Assembly (NCBI RefSeq): GCF_001194135.2
Contig: NC_068989.1
Coordinates: 70,762,191-70,826,190 of the forward strand
Origin: Octopus bimaculoides
Taxonomy: Eukaryota
DNA: 64,000 nucleotides
Reading direction: 5' to 3'
In this document: one piece after another, positions 52,150-64,000 of the stretch
How the letters are laid out: each line of letters opens with the position of its first letter
Position numbering within the stretch: position 1 is the first letter of the stretch
The notes under the pieces: model-generated
What the model was told of the DNA's origin: nothing
Seen by the model: only the letters and a program-made list of their open reading frames with translations
Database searches by the model: none
Program-made: the position numbers and the translations under genes

Positions 52150-52620
52150 ACTTCTACTCTATCTTTCTCTATCTCTCCCTTCCACTCTTGCTTTATCTCT
52201 ATTTCCTCCCACTTACACACTATCTTTCTCCTACTCATACATTCTTTCTATCTCTCTTACCCTCACTCTCTCTTTCTCCTAGCCTCACTTTATCCTCTAC
52301 CTTTCCTCCACTCACACCCTCTCTATTTTTTCCCACTCACACTGCTTATCTTTCTACCACTCACACGTTCTCTCTCTCTCTTTCTGATTTACCCTCTACC
52401 TTCCTCTTATTCTCACTCTATCTTTCCACCACTCACACATTCTCCCTATCTTTCTCCCACTCTCACTCTCTCTCTCTCTATCGTTCTCCTATTCACTCTC
52501 CCCTTCTTTCTCCCACTCTCTCATTCTCTTTCTGCCTTTCTTACGCTCACATTCTATCTATTTATCTTTCTCCTACTCACAAACCTACACACTCTCTCTA
52601 TTTTTCTTCCTTTCTCTAAC
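52150..52620. repeat. Long pyrimidine-rich CT/CTCA low-complexity tract
   Basis: Directly visible. Confidence 0.9.
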
Positions 52621-53045
52621 TCACTCCCAACAACAACAACAGCAACTACTACTATCATTCTTACTACTATTACTGCCACCATTTTCGGCTGCTACCACAA
52701 CCACGGAACACTACTCCCACCACAACTACTATTCCTTCTGTTATTACTGATACTGCTGCTGCTGCTGTTGTGGTTTCTTCCATTTTGTTGAGTGCTGTCT
52801 TTCCGACTATCAACCCAGCAGTCAGTCAGCCGTTCGTCTCCTCTACGGCTGCATGTCATTCTTGTTCTATCTAACTGTTGCCAGATAATTTTGGAGGTCG
52901 AAATAGAGAAAAGATAGCGAGAGAGAGAGAAACCGAGAGTATTTCTGATCTGATCTGATCTGGTCTTGTCTGCGTCGGCACGAATCAATTGTGGAAACTA
53001 TATATATATATATATACGCACACATATACACATCTATGTATACAC

Positions 53046-53104
<59 letters not shown>

Positions 53105-53567
53105 NNNNNNNNNNNNNNNNNNNNNNNNNNNNNNNNNNNNNNNNNNNNNNNNNNNNNNNNNNNNNNNNNNNNNNNNNNNNNNNNNNNNNNNNNNNNNNNN
53201 NNNNNNNNNNNNNNNNNNNNNNNNNNNNNNNNNNNNNNNNNNNNNNNNNNNNNNNNNNNNNNNNNNNNNNNNNNNNNNNNNNNNNNNNNNNNNNNNNNNN
53301 NNNNNNNNNNNNNNNNNNNNNNNNNNNNNNNNNNNNNNNNNNNNNNNNNNNNNNNNNNNNNNNNNNNNNNNNNNNNNNNNNNNNNNNNNNNNNNNNNNNN
53401 NNNNNNNNNNNNNNNNNNNNNNNNNNNNNNNNNNNNNNNNNNNNNNNNNNNNNNNNNNNNNNNNNNNNNNNNNNNNNNNNNNNNNNNNNNNNNNNNNNNN
53501 NNNNNNNNNNNNNNNNNNNNNNNNNNNNNNNNNNNNNNNNNNNNNNNNNNNNNNNTATACATATATA

Positions 53568-54178
53568 CGACGGGCTTCTTTCAGTTTTCGTCTACCAAAT
53601 CCACTCACAAGGCTTTGGTCGGCCCAAGGCTATAGTAGAAGACACTTGCCCAAGGTGCCACGCAGTGGGACTGAACCCGGAACCATGTGGTTGGTAAGCA
53701 GCAAGCTACTTACCACACAGCCACTCCTGCGCCTATATATATATATATATAATATCGGTGCAGGAGTGGCTGTGTGGTAAAAAGCTTGCTTCCCAACCAC
53801 GATTCCGGGTTCAGTCCTACTGAGTGGCACCTTGGGCAAGTGTCTTCTATAACCTCAGGCTGACCAAAGCCTTGTGAGTGGAATTGGTAGACGAAAACTG
53901 AAAGAAGCCCGTAGTGGTATTAAGTCAGATATGGCTTGATCCTATACTGGCCGAAACCTACCAAAGTTATATATATATTTGTGTGTCTGTGTTTGTCCCC
54001 CACTATTGCTTGACACCGATGTTGGTGTGTTTACGTCCCCATAAATTAGCGGTTCGGCAAAAGAGACTGATAGAATAAATACTATGCTTACAAAGAACAA
54101 GTACTGAGGTCGATTTGGTCGACTAAAGGCGGTGCTCCAGCATGGCCGCAGACAAATGACTGAAATAAGTAAAAGAAA
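53568..54178. mobile_element. Head-to-head SINE family A pair (- 53568-53733, + 53757-54178)
   Basis: Arms are near-perfect reverse complements separated by a 23-nt TA-rich spacer. Confidence 0.92.
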
Positions 54179-54400
54179 AGAATATATACATATATTCTTT
54201 TCTTTTCCGCCCCGACATCCGAAACTCGGAGTTTTATCATGGCTACCGAATAATTGTCACTTTGGGCACGTGTCTTCTGTAACCCCGATCAGACTAATGT
54301 CTTGTGAGCGAATATGGTAGAAAGAAACTGTGGAAACCCGTTGTGTGTGTGTGTGTGTAAGGTAAATGAAAGACGGAAGATGGAAGATACAAACATTTTT

Positions 54401-54514
54401 ATTGATCACGACATTTGTTTCGACACATCTAGTATCGATCCCTCACGAGTGGGATACTTAGCAACTGTTTCAGGAGCATCCGCCAGTGCAGATGTGTCTC
54501 TTCGGGTGATAAAT
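54401..54514 (-). ncRNA. Type I hammerhead ribozyme candidate with CCGAAGA core and large stem II insert
   Basis: Minus strand reads attt ATCAC CCGAAGA GACACATCT [59 nt] AGATGTGTC GAAAC aaat GTC GTGAT caat. Stem I pairs at 8 of 9 positions, stem II at 9 of 9, and the triplet is GUC. Confidence 0.75.
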
Positions 54515-55974
54515 AGATATAACTCGTTAAAATAAAAGTTCCGCAATGTATCTTCTCATTTCGTGTAAAAAAAAGGCAGCAAAACAAAGGATATATCTTC
54601 ATTTATATAGAAGATCAAAAATAAAATAACAAATGCAAAAAAAGAAACGAACACGCAATACAGTAAGAAAAGTATTTAAAATAACCGTTAACAGATATGG
54701 ATGTATAAACGCCCTCGCGCAAGCTGTATAGCGCATGTACACTCGCTCATACAAGCATCCACGTGTGGTTTGATGCACACACGTTCACATAGTGAGTTAA
54801 ATAGCTACTTGGTGTTTATAAGAACGAGGAGGTTAAAGCTAGACTTAATTCATCCATATCTTAAATATATTATGTTAATAGTTACTTAAATTCATTCCCA
54901 CTGCATTGTGCGAAAGTACATTTATATGTATGTAGGCATTTTGAAAGTCTTTCAGAAATTCTATTAATGATCTTCTCATTGGTTCACAGAACAGATAGGG
55001 ATTCCTCAGAGCAAAATCGGCATCTCTTGGAAATTATATTGTATGGTTTTGTGTGCCTTACTACGGACTAAGTTATGTTATATTTAATTTTATCTTCTTT
55101 CAGTTGCCACACAAAATTGGCCTAAGATGTTGAATGTCTCTTATTGATTCTCTTGAAGCTGGCGACATGGTTGCGATAGCGATTCTTAAATGAATCAGCC
55201 GTCTGCCCAATGTAAACATAGGGCCCTCCCCTTGTGCGCACGGTACATTTATACACAAGATTTGTATGTATGTATGTAAGTATGTATGTGTGTGTGTATA
55301 TGCATGTATGTATGCGTGTGTCTGTGCTTGTATTTGTACTCCCGCACCGCTAGACAACCAGTGTTGTTCTGCTTATGTTCCCGCAAATTAGCGGTTCAGC
55401 AAAAGGAGGACAATAGAATAGGTAAGTACCGCACTTGAAAAAAAAAAGATTTTTTATCTGAGGTCGATTTGTTCGACAAAACCCTTCAATGCGGTGCCCC
55501 AGCATGGCTGCAATCGAATACCTGAAACTAGGAAAAGAAAGATAAAACATTTCAAATTGTCCCCAATTTCGTTCCCTAGTAAAGTNNNNNNNNNNNNNNN
55601 NNNNNNNNNNNNNNNNNNNNNNNNNNNNNNNNNNNNNNNNNNNNNNNNNNNNNNNNNNNNNNNNNNNNNNNNNNNNNNNNNNNNNNNNNNNNNNNNNNNN
55701 NNNNNNNNNNNNNNNNNNNNNNNNNNNNNNNNNNNNNNNNNNNNNNNNNNNNNNNNNNNNNNNNNNNNNNNNNNNNNNNNNNNNNNNNNNNNNNNNNNNN
55801 NNNNNNNNNNNNNNNNNNNNNNNNNNNNNNNNNNNNNNNNNNNNNNNNNNNNNNNNNNNNNNNNNNNNNNNNNNNNNNNNNNNNNNNNNNNNNNNNNNNN
55901 NNNNNNNNNNNNNNNNNNNNNNNNNNNNTGCACCTTGACGAATTCCGCCTGACTCTCGCAAGCACGACGGCGAT

Positions 55975-56070
55975 AACGATGATGACGATGATGATGACGA
56001 TGATGATGATGATGATGATGACGATGATGATGATGATGATGATGACGATGATGATGATGATGATGATGAC

Positions 56071-56102
<32 letters not shown>

Positions 56103-56155
56103 CGATGATGATGAGGAGGAGGATTATGATGATGGTGATGACGACGACGACGATG
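55975..56155. repeat. (GAT)n microsatellite with periodic GAC interruptions
   Basis: Directly visible. Confidence 0.97.
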
Positions 56156-56399
56156 ATATCTGACAAACGCAGACGACCACTCAATACTTCAAATTCATGA
56201 TAAAGGAAGTAGACAATCAAAAAATACTGTAAATTCTGAGAATATTCACGCGGTATGATTGACATGGAAAAGGAAATAGGAAGAATAAACGAGCATGGTT
56301 GTGTGATTAAGAGATTCAATTCCAGTCATGTAGTTCCAGGTTCAATCCCATTTTGTGATAACTTGGGAAATCGTTTTCTCTTCTTGTGGCATTGAATTG

Positions 56400-56625
56400 A
56401 CCAATTTCCTGTTAGTGGAATTTCTTGTTCTGCGGTTTGATACTTTGACGGAAACGATATTTGCTTGGACCAACTCAACACGTGAACATGCAACAAAGCT
56501 GACCATGAAAGAAATATGGATTTGTAAGTCCGACTCCAGCAATCTTGAGGAGAATGTCTTTGCGATTTGTTGATGGTCATAAGAAAAGAATGCACCACCT
56601 GAAACTGTAAGCGCTTGAATCAATG
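56400..56625 (-). mobile_element. Helitron Pif1-helicase C-terminal relic
   Basis: With two frameshifts it reads KRLQFQVVHSFLMTINKSQRHS/LKIAGVGLTNPYFFHGQL/VACSRV. This matches the Helitron motifs KRLQFP..FAMTINKSQGQ and FSHGQLYVACSRV. Confidence 0.88.
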
Positions 56626-56981
56626 ATTTTCGACCGGGAGCCATATGACCCTAGGAGGTCCACATAAGATTTTGTTAAAATTTATCAGTAATAAACTAGT
56701 TATACTTCTACAATACACCGAATACTTTAACATTTTTTTCTATACAATTCCTAATAATATTTAATTATAAAAGTCGAATAGGATTTTTTTTTTTTACACA
56801 CGGAATGATTATGAGGATTCACCCGAGCAAAATAGGAATCGAAGTGGTCGATACGTAAAAAATGGACAAGAACCACAGGCTTAAACGGAAGTAGTATATC
56901 TTCTGGGACGAGTGGAATGCTTGAGATGAAAACATCGGCCATGGAACAGTCATTCATAACGGTGGATTCGATCGTATAGAA

Positions 56982-57204
56982 CAAGGGTCCTTAACCACCG
57001 GGCCGCGGACTAATACCGAGCCGTAGATCATTTGGTACTGGGTGGCACAGAAAGAATATATTTTAAAATTTTATCACCATTTTATTGACTATCACAGTCT
57101 GCAGGGTGTTTTCGCACTATATATGTGTAATAATTAAATAAGTCTGTAGGAAAATTGCCTTGCATGAAACAAATTCGAAGTGCGTGAAACGTTGAGGACC
57201 GCTA
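56982..57204. mobile_element. hAT (Charlie-like) MITE
   Basis: TIRs caagggtccttaac / gttgaggaccgcta; 8-bp TSD GTATAGAA (56974-56981) and GTATAGAG (57205-57212). Confidence 0.75.
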
Positions 57205-57479
57205 GTATAGAGCCTAAGAATTTTGGCAGCTAATCTTGTACCGTTTCAGTGTTTTGGTGCATTCAAATTTTAAAGTAACATACTGTTTGAGCCGGCTTCC
57301 CGTTGCAAATAGTGAGGTGGGACAGAAGTAGAGTGATGAGAATTAAGAAACTCTGAAGGATAGTTAAGGGGCATCGTTAACGTAGCTATTGCGTGGACCC
57401 ATATGCACCATCTGGATTAGACTCGTTTTTTGTAGAATGATAGTGGCGTTTATAACCAGCACAATGTCACTTTTGAGAA

Positions 57480-57945
57480 ATAGGGGCGTACCTTTAGAAA
57501 TGTTAATAGACATTTGTGGTTGCACACTATGGACTCTGAACAAACTTGAGAAGAATATAATTAAAAAGTTTGAAATATGTGTGCATAGGAGAATGTTACG
57601 AGTCTCTTACAAGAATCATCGGTCAAATGAATGAGTGTTACAAGAAGTTGGTGGAAGACGGGAACTCCTGAACATTGTGAAAAGGAAAAAAAAGAAAGAA
57701 AAAGCTCATCTATTATGGCCATATTCGAAGAAGCAGAGGTCTGGAAAATATTACCATGAATGAAAGAGTAGAGGGTAGTAGATGAAGAGGTAGGTAAAGA
57801 ACGGAATAGATGAACGGATGGGTGATATCACGAGCTGGTTGATCAAGAATGGCAAGGCAGCTGGAGAACTGGCGCTTAATCGGGAAGACTTCCGTTGCAC
57901 TGTCATCAATGTACAATACATGACGACGACGTTGAGATAGACAAC
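57480..57945 (+). mobile_element. RTE (BovB-like) LINE, decayed 3' end
   Basis: CGCTLWTLNKLEKNIIKKFEICVHRRMLRVSYKNHRSNE*VLQEV..KLIYYGHIRR..VEGSR*RGR matches the RTE YGCETW..RRMLR..YFGH..GRRRRGR motifs. Confidence 0.88.
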
Positions 57946-58149
57946 TCATAGTTTCTATAATTCTATGAGAAGCTAGGATAAAGTTTCAATTAGATTTCCG
58001 TAATTGTAATGATTGCGGCAGATATTTTTGGATTTTGCCATCTTAATTGTCACTTGACAGCTGTCTATAATCTCTCGCTTCCAATTTAAGTAAATCATTT
58101 GCGAACATGGTGGCTACAGTTTGTACGAGGACTGACGGTCCACACTAAT

Positions 58150-59162
58150 TAAGAACATTGCCAGACGTGAACTGAATATTATTTTCAAAGAGAACCATGA
58201 CGAGAGTAAACTGTTGGTAGGAATTTTCCAACACTTGTTGCGCTTTGTATGTCTTCTGTCATGATATCCTGCTCATTACGTCAAAGTTGTTGACGATCGG
58301 ATGATTGTAATCACCGATGATCTTCTTGATACAGTAAGGCGTCACATTACGCAAGCCGAGCAGTCAGGTATATTGTAGATACAAGAACGGGTGCTAGGGA
58401 ATCTGGGCTTTGTAGAATCAAGCAAATCTGATTTCGCAGAACGTCCAAGACATGCAGAGAAAGACGGAGGGCACCAACGGAGAAAACTGGAGTGAGGGTT
58501 AAGTTTTGAAAGAGAAAGATTATGAAAATTGAATGCGATGACCCTGGCTTTGTCATGATCGAAAATAATATACTGAAAAAAAAAAGTGAAATGCTTTACG
58601 TATCTAGGAGGCATGAATGATATCCATGACTGGAGATACAGAGGAGAAAGTTAAAGTGAAACTTGCGAAAGAGAGCTAATCCTTTAACATATTAAAGCCT
58701 GTTTGAAAGACAAAAGCTCAGTCCAGACATATGCTGAGACTTTTCAAGAGTAGCATCAAATCTGTTTTGGTGCTGAGTCATGGCGAATGTGCGCGAATAT
58801 CTTTGGAAAGCTCCGAAATTCACGAGCAAATAACTCAGAAACATTTCTAAGCTTTAGATATCCAGAAATTATGAGCAACAATGACGTCTAGGCCAAAACC
58901 AACCAGGAAATCATTGGTCACCAAAGAACCAAATGTGTATGGAAATAGCTCGGCCATACTTTAAGAAGACTATGGAGGAGTTTGACAAGGCGAGCCTTGG
59001 ATTGGTTCCTGGAGAGTAAAGCGAAGGCAGGATGGCCGAGCGTCACTTTGCCGAGATTAGTAGAAGAGGACCAAATGAAAAGAAAAACCCATTGGATGGC
59101 TGTTGTGGGGAGCCTATGCTGCGCCAGGAATTCCAAACAGCCTATAATGATGATGATGATGA
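58150..59162 (+). mobile_element. RTE-clade LINE (SR2/SjR2-like), decayed RT to 3' end with (GAT)n tail
   Basis: LGNLGFVE (LEDLDFAD equivalent), VKCFTYLGG, GAESWR, LGHTLRR..LTRRALDW, WMAVVGSLC, then taatgatgatgatgat. Confidence 0.85.
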
Positions 59163-60343
59163 ATGTGTGTGTGTGTGTGTTATTCATAGTCAGATTCAGG
59201 AAAGATTCATGAGGATAAAAACTTATTAAATTGCCAATATATGTAAAAAAAAAAAAAGGTAATGTAGTGAAAAAGTCATGACAAAAGTGAGTGAGAGACA
59301 ACGAAGAGAAATTTTGGAAAGCAATGGAGTAAAATTTAAAAGTAAGACTGTTAAATTCCACATTTCAATTATTTAAATTCCAAGCCAAAATTACAACTCT
59401 TAGTCATGGACTCAAAATTTAAGACGGAGTAAATCTTGAAAGTAAGACCGTTAAACTCCATACTTAATTAAAAGCTAATTAAAAGTAGTTTAATTTTTAG
59501 CTTATATTATAAAATTGCGATGGTTTCTAATTGAACGGTAAGCGTGATGGTTTGTAGCAAAGTATTTCTACATTTGTGTAAGTGAATCGAATCTGGAAAG
59601 ATTAAAGTTTAAATCGAAAAAAATTAAAAAGGGTATAACTCGAAAGAGGATAAATGAATTTACGCGTTATGTACGGAACTGGAGAAACTCTAGACATCAT
59701 AGGAATATTATTAAATTGGTTAATTCTTCTGTGTGATAATTGGAATAAAGATAGATCCGGAGAATGTATTCGTATACAACTGTAAGTACTGAACAAGAAC
59801 TAAGGAGCAGAAAATATAGAAAATATACGATAGTTAAACTGAAAATATTACAATGCAATCGATGTAAAGTAAAGCTAATTTTCGAATTAGAAAAAAAAAA
59901 CGAATGAAAAGTAATTCGCCAGAGCTACTGAATTACATCAGAATGAAGAAAAACAACAAACGTCGATTGAAGAGCGACTACGAAGGGAGATAAGTCATTT
60001 AGCTTCGTTATGAGTGAAAAATAGAAATAGAAATGATGAAAGAAAGAAAGAAAATGAAAAACAATAAAAAGCGAAAGACCTGAAAAATGCATAATTGTTG
60101 ATAGAATATATATGAAAGACTATAAGGGCAAATATCTTGTGGCAGTTGCAAATATGCTATGTGGTAAGAAGTCTGCTTCCCAACCACACAATTCCGGGTT
60201 CAGTCACACTGCGTGCTACCTTGGGCAAGTGTTTTCTACTATAACCTTGGGCCGACCAAAGCATTGGAAACTGAAAGAAACAAGTCACATATTTATACAT
60301 ATATACATCCATGCATGCATACATGCATACATACAAACATACA

Positions 60344-60374
<31 letters not shown>

Positions 60375-60644
60375 GTGTGCAATGTGTGTATGTGTGTATG
60401 TATGTATGCATATATATATATATATACACACGCATACACAGCCATACACACACACACAAGCACAAAACACACATGTATAACACAGACGCGCGTGCACACG
60501 CGTGCATACGCGTGCATACATACATACATACATACATATATACATACATACACACACACACATATACACAGATACAGATGCAAACGAATGCGCAGATAAG
60601 GACATACACCATAATAAGACAGAATGAATTAAACAGAACAGGAG

Positions 60645-60825
60645 GAGATACGTGGCATGGAAAAGTCACTGAAGAGGTCACAGGTGTGTGACGAAAGATT
60701 TTCTGACAAAGGGCATAAGATAAAATAAGAACAATAATAAACAAGTCAAGAACGAATATGTAGTGCGTGTGTTTATTTCGCAAGAAAAAAAAAGAAAAAA
60801 AATACCATCCCGAAATGTAACTATA
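60645..60825 (+). mobile_element. Short non-coding repeat (family G) carrying a hammerhead motif
   Basis: Homologous to 26150-26350 over the ribozyme and over the downstream gtgygtgtttattt..aaaaagaaaa..accatcccgaaat segment. Confidence 0.7.
60665..60707 (+). ncRNA. Minimal type I hammerhead ribozyme candidate
   Basis: GTCA CTGAAGA G GTCACA ggtg TGTGAC GAAA G att TTC TGAC. Stem I is 4 bp, stem II 6 bp, the core is intact with one extra G after A9, and the triplet is UUC. Confidence 0.7.
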
Positions 60826-60917
60826 TATATATATGCANNNNNNNNNNNNNNNNNNNNNNNNNNNNNNNNNNNNNNNNNNNNNNNNNNNNNNNNNNNNNNN
60901 NNNNNNNNNNNNNNNNN

Positions 60918-60978
<61 letters not shown>

Positions 60979-60993
60979 CTATGTATGTATATA

Positions 60994-61477
60994 TACAGGG
61001 GTTGGACAAAATAATGGAAACGCCTTAACATTTCAAACAAATTTATTTTGATATGGGGTAGGACCGCCTTTGGCAGTAATTACACCTTGAATTCAACGAG
61101 GTATGGACTCGTACAAAGTTTGAATTGTTTCCGAAGGAATTTCTGTCTATTCTTCAGCTAAAACAGTCTCCAGTTCTTGTAGTGATGGCGGTGCAGGATA
61201 TCGAGTCCTTACTTGTTTTTTTCTAAAATGCACCATAAATGTCCAATGATATTAAGATCTGGGGTCTACGGTGGCTAAGTAAGATGTTCAACTTCACTAG
61301 AATGTTCTTCGTGCCATTCAGTAACAACTTTAGCCGTGTGAATTGGTGCATCATCATCCTGAAAGATTGTGTTTCCCTCCGGAAACAGTTCCGCAACCAT
61401 AGGATGAATTTGATCAGATAAAATGCTTAAATAGTCTTGACTATTAATTCTGCCATGAAGGGAAACCATTGGGCCGG
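60994..61477 (-). mobile_element. Tc1-family transposon, right end with decayed DDE domain
   Basis: GRINSQDYLSIL..IFQDDDAPIHTAKVVTEW..PP*TPDLNIIGHLW..IQGVITAKGGPTPY; TIR ta|caggggttggacaaaataatggaaac. Confidence 0.92.
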
Positions 61478-61489
61478 CAAATTTCCAAT

Positions 61490-62470
61490 ATATAGCCCCA
61501 CTAGATCATCACAGGGGCTGGACAAAATATTTTTGTAGGTATTGCTGATTTTTGTAGGTATTCTATCCTTACATTTGTACCAATCTTTTTGAGCCATGTT
61601 GGTAGTTGAGTGTTGATACTTCCAAGTGCGCCAATTACTATTGATATCACGTCTACTCTCCTCATTAACCACAACTTTCGTATTTCCTACTTCAAATTGT
61701 CGTAGTTCAGAATTTCTTCTTTCTCTTTGATCCAGTTTTCACCTCTGCATCTCCTCCTACTACCTTTTTGTTCCATCAGTAGCATATCGTTCTTATCAAG
61801 AAATTTGTACAGTTCTTCTGCAATTCCTCCTGACAGTAACTTCCACATTAATGAAGGCCTGTAATTGTCGAAAGCATTTCTTTTTGATACATCTTTCAGA
61901 CACAACACTGTTCGTCCTTTTGTCAACCAGCCCGAGATTTCTTCTCCATTGATCAATGCATTAAATTGTCCTGCGATCAATTTATGGCTCCTACTGAACT
62001 GTTTTTTTAAAATCCAAAATCCCTGTATACCATCAGGTCCCGCTGCTTACCAATTACTTATCGTTTTACTCATATTTCTGATACTGTCTTCGGTGAAGTG
62101 GATAACCTTTTGCTGGGGATAAGAAACCGTTTGCTTCAGGCGGCAGAGCTATTCAGCTGCAGTATTATGTTGTTCATGCTTACTCCATATCTTACCTCAG
62201 AATTGTCGACTTTCATCAGAATCAGGAACTAATCTTTCACGCTCTATATAATCATTAATTTTTTGATAAAATCTTCGGTCGATTCTAGACAATTGGTTTT
62301 CCCGATATTGTTTAATCCGTTGTACAAACCTAGTTAGCTTTGCTTTTTTTTAGCAAATATGCGCTGCTTTAGTTCTTCAATTACAACATTCAGACCTTTC
62401 GTATCTACATCATACTTCTGCGTCGTTTTTTTTTTTCAAATTTAGGTCATTCTTCAATTCTCCTTTTTTT
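61490..62470 (-). mobile_element. R4/Dong-clade non-LTR retrotransposon relic with internal deletion
   Basis: GLNVVIEELKQRI..AAGPDGIQGFW..WLTKGRTVLCLKD..NYRP..MWKLLSGGI..EQKG, joined to a C-terminal WLKKIGTNVRIEYLQKSA. Confidence 0.88.
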
Positions 62471-62474
62471 TTCC

Positions 62475-63377
<903 letters not shown>

Positions 63378-64000
63378 TACGCATTCACACATATTAGAAA
63401 GTTCCATTCAGATCGTGAACGTGTATCTATTCAGATTAAAGCGTTTGTACTATAGCGTGAGTAAAAAATATAAATAGATTAATAGGTTTGTACTAAAATA
63501 TTTATACATTTACTATTTATACATTTCTAGTTCGGCGTTTATTGATCGAATAACCAAACATCGCTTATTTGAAATAGTATAATACTAAACTATGATACCA
63601 TTTAGAAATTGGAATTTGAAGCCGAATTCGCAAGGGATTCTCAAAAATTGATTATTATACACGAGAATATTCTATATCTAAAGGCACTCCAGGGCTGGCC
63701 ATCCCATTTGATTTTCTGTTTATGTAGCTTTTGTCTTTTATCTTTCATTTTTTTTTTTTTTACTTGATTTAGTCATTGTATTGCGGACATGCTGGGTGGG
63801 ACCCTACCTTGAACCAGAGCGACGAAACCGTCTTGCATGCACTCGTTTAGTGTCCGGACACTGCTGACTTGTGGAGTTATGTCAAACAGCTGCTGTCGCG
63901 TGTAGGACAGATCCATCTGTCGTTCGAGGCCATAATGATGATTGCCCCGCCACCCTCCTTTAATCGAGCTGACAGGACAGTTTTCCTTCGTCTTGTGGCT

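Noticed and set aside
58120-58560. Initially read as a mariner transposase start (TACGAGG, CDDPW)
   Set aside because: Another frame gives RTE RT motifs continuous with the downstream RTE.
61510-61530. 17-of-18 match to the Tc1 TIR (caggggctggacaaaata)
   Set aside because: It is in direct, not inverted, orientation and overlaps the R4/Dong C-terminal reading; it cannot close the element.
63810-63835. GAAACCGTC motif
   Set aside because: No CUGANGA core or stem II nearby.

Overview
AT-rich, microsatellite-dense eukaryotic DNA with 9 assembly gaps. It is very likely an octopod cephalopod (inference from the SINE families and a mollusc-like cox1 relic). No intact protein-coding gene could be identified. 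Nearly all ORFs in the supplied track are translations of simple repeats or N-gaps. The window is mostly transposon debris: several tRNA-headed SINE families, RTE, CR1/L2-like and R4/Dong LINE relics, mariner, Tc1, hAT MITEs and a Helitron fragment. It also holds a short cox1 NUMT and a few unverified minus-strand exon candidates. The most notable signal is five hammerhead-ribozyme-like motifs from about four unrelated sequence families between 26 and 61 kb. Two look structurally complete: 54401-54514 (minus; CCGAAGA core, branched stem II insert) and 60665-60707 (plus). None sits next to a recognisable Penelope RT ORF. All alignments and folds were done by eye; family names are not database-verified and repeat boundaries are approximate unless a TSD is given.
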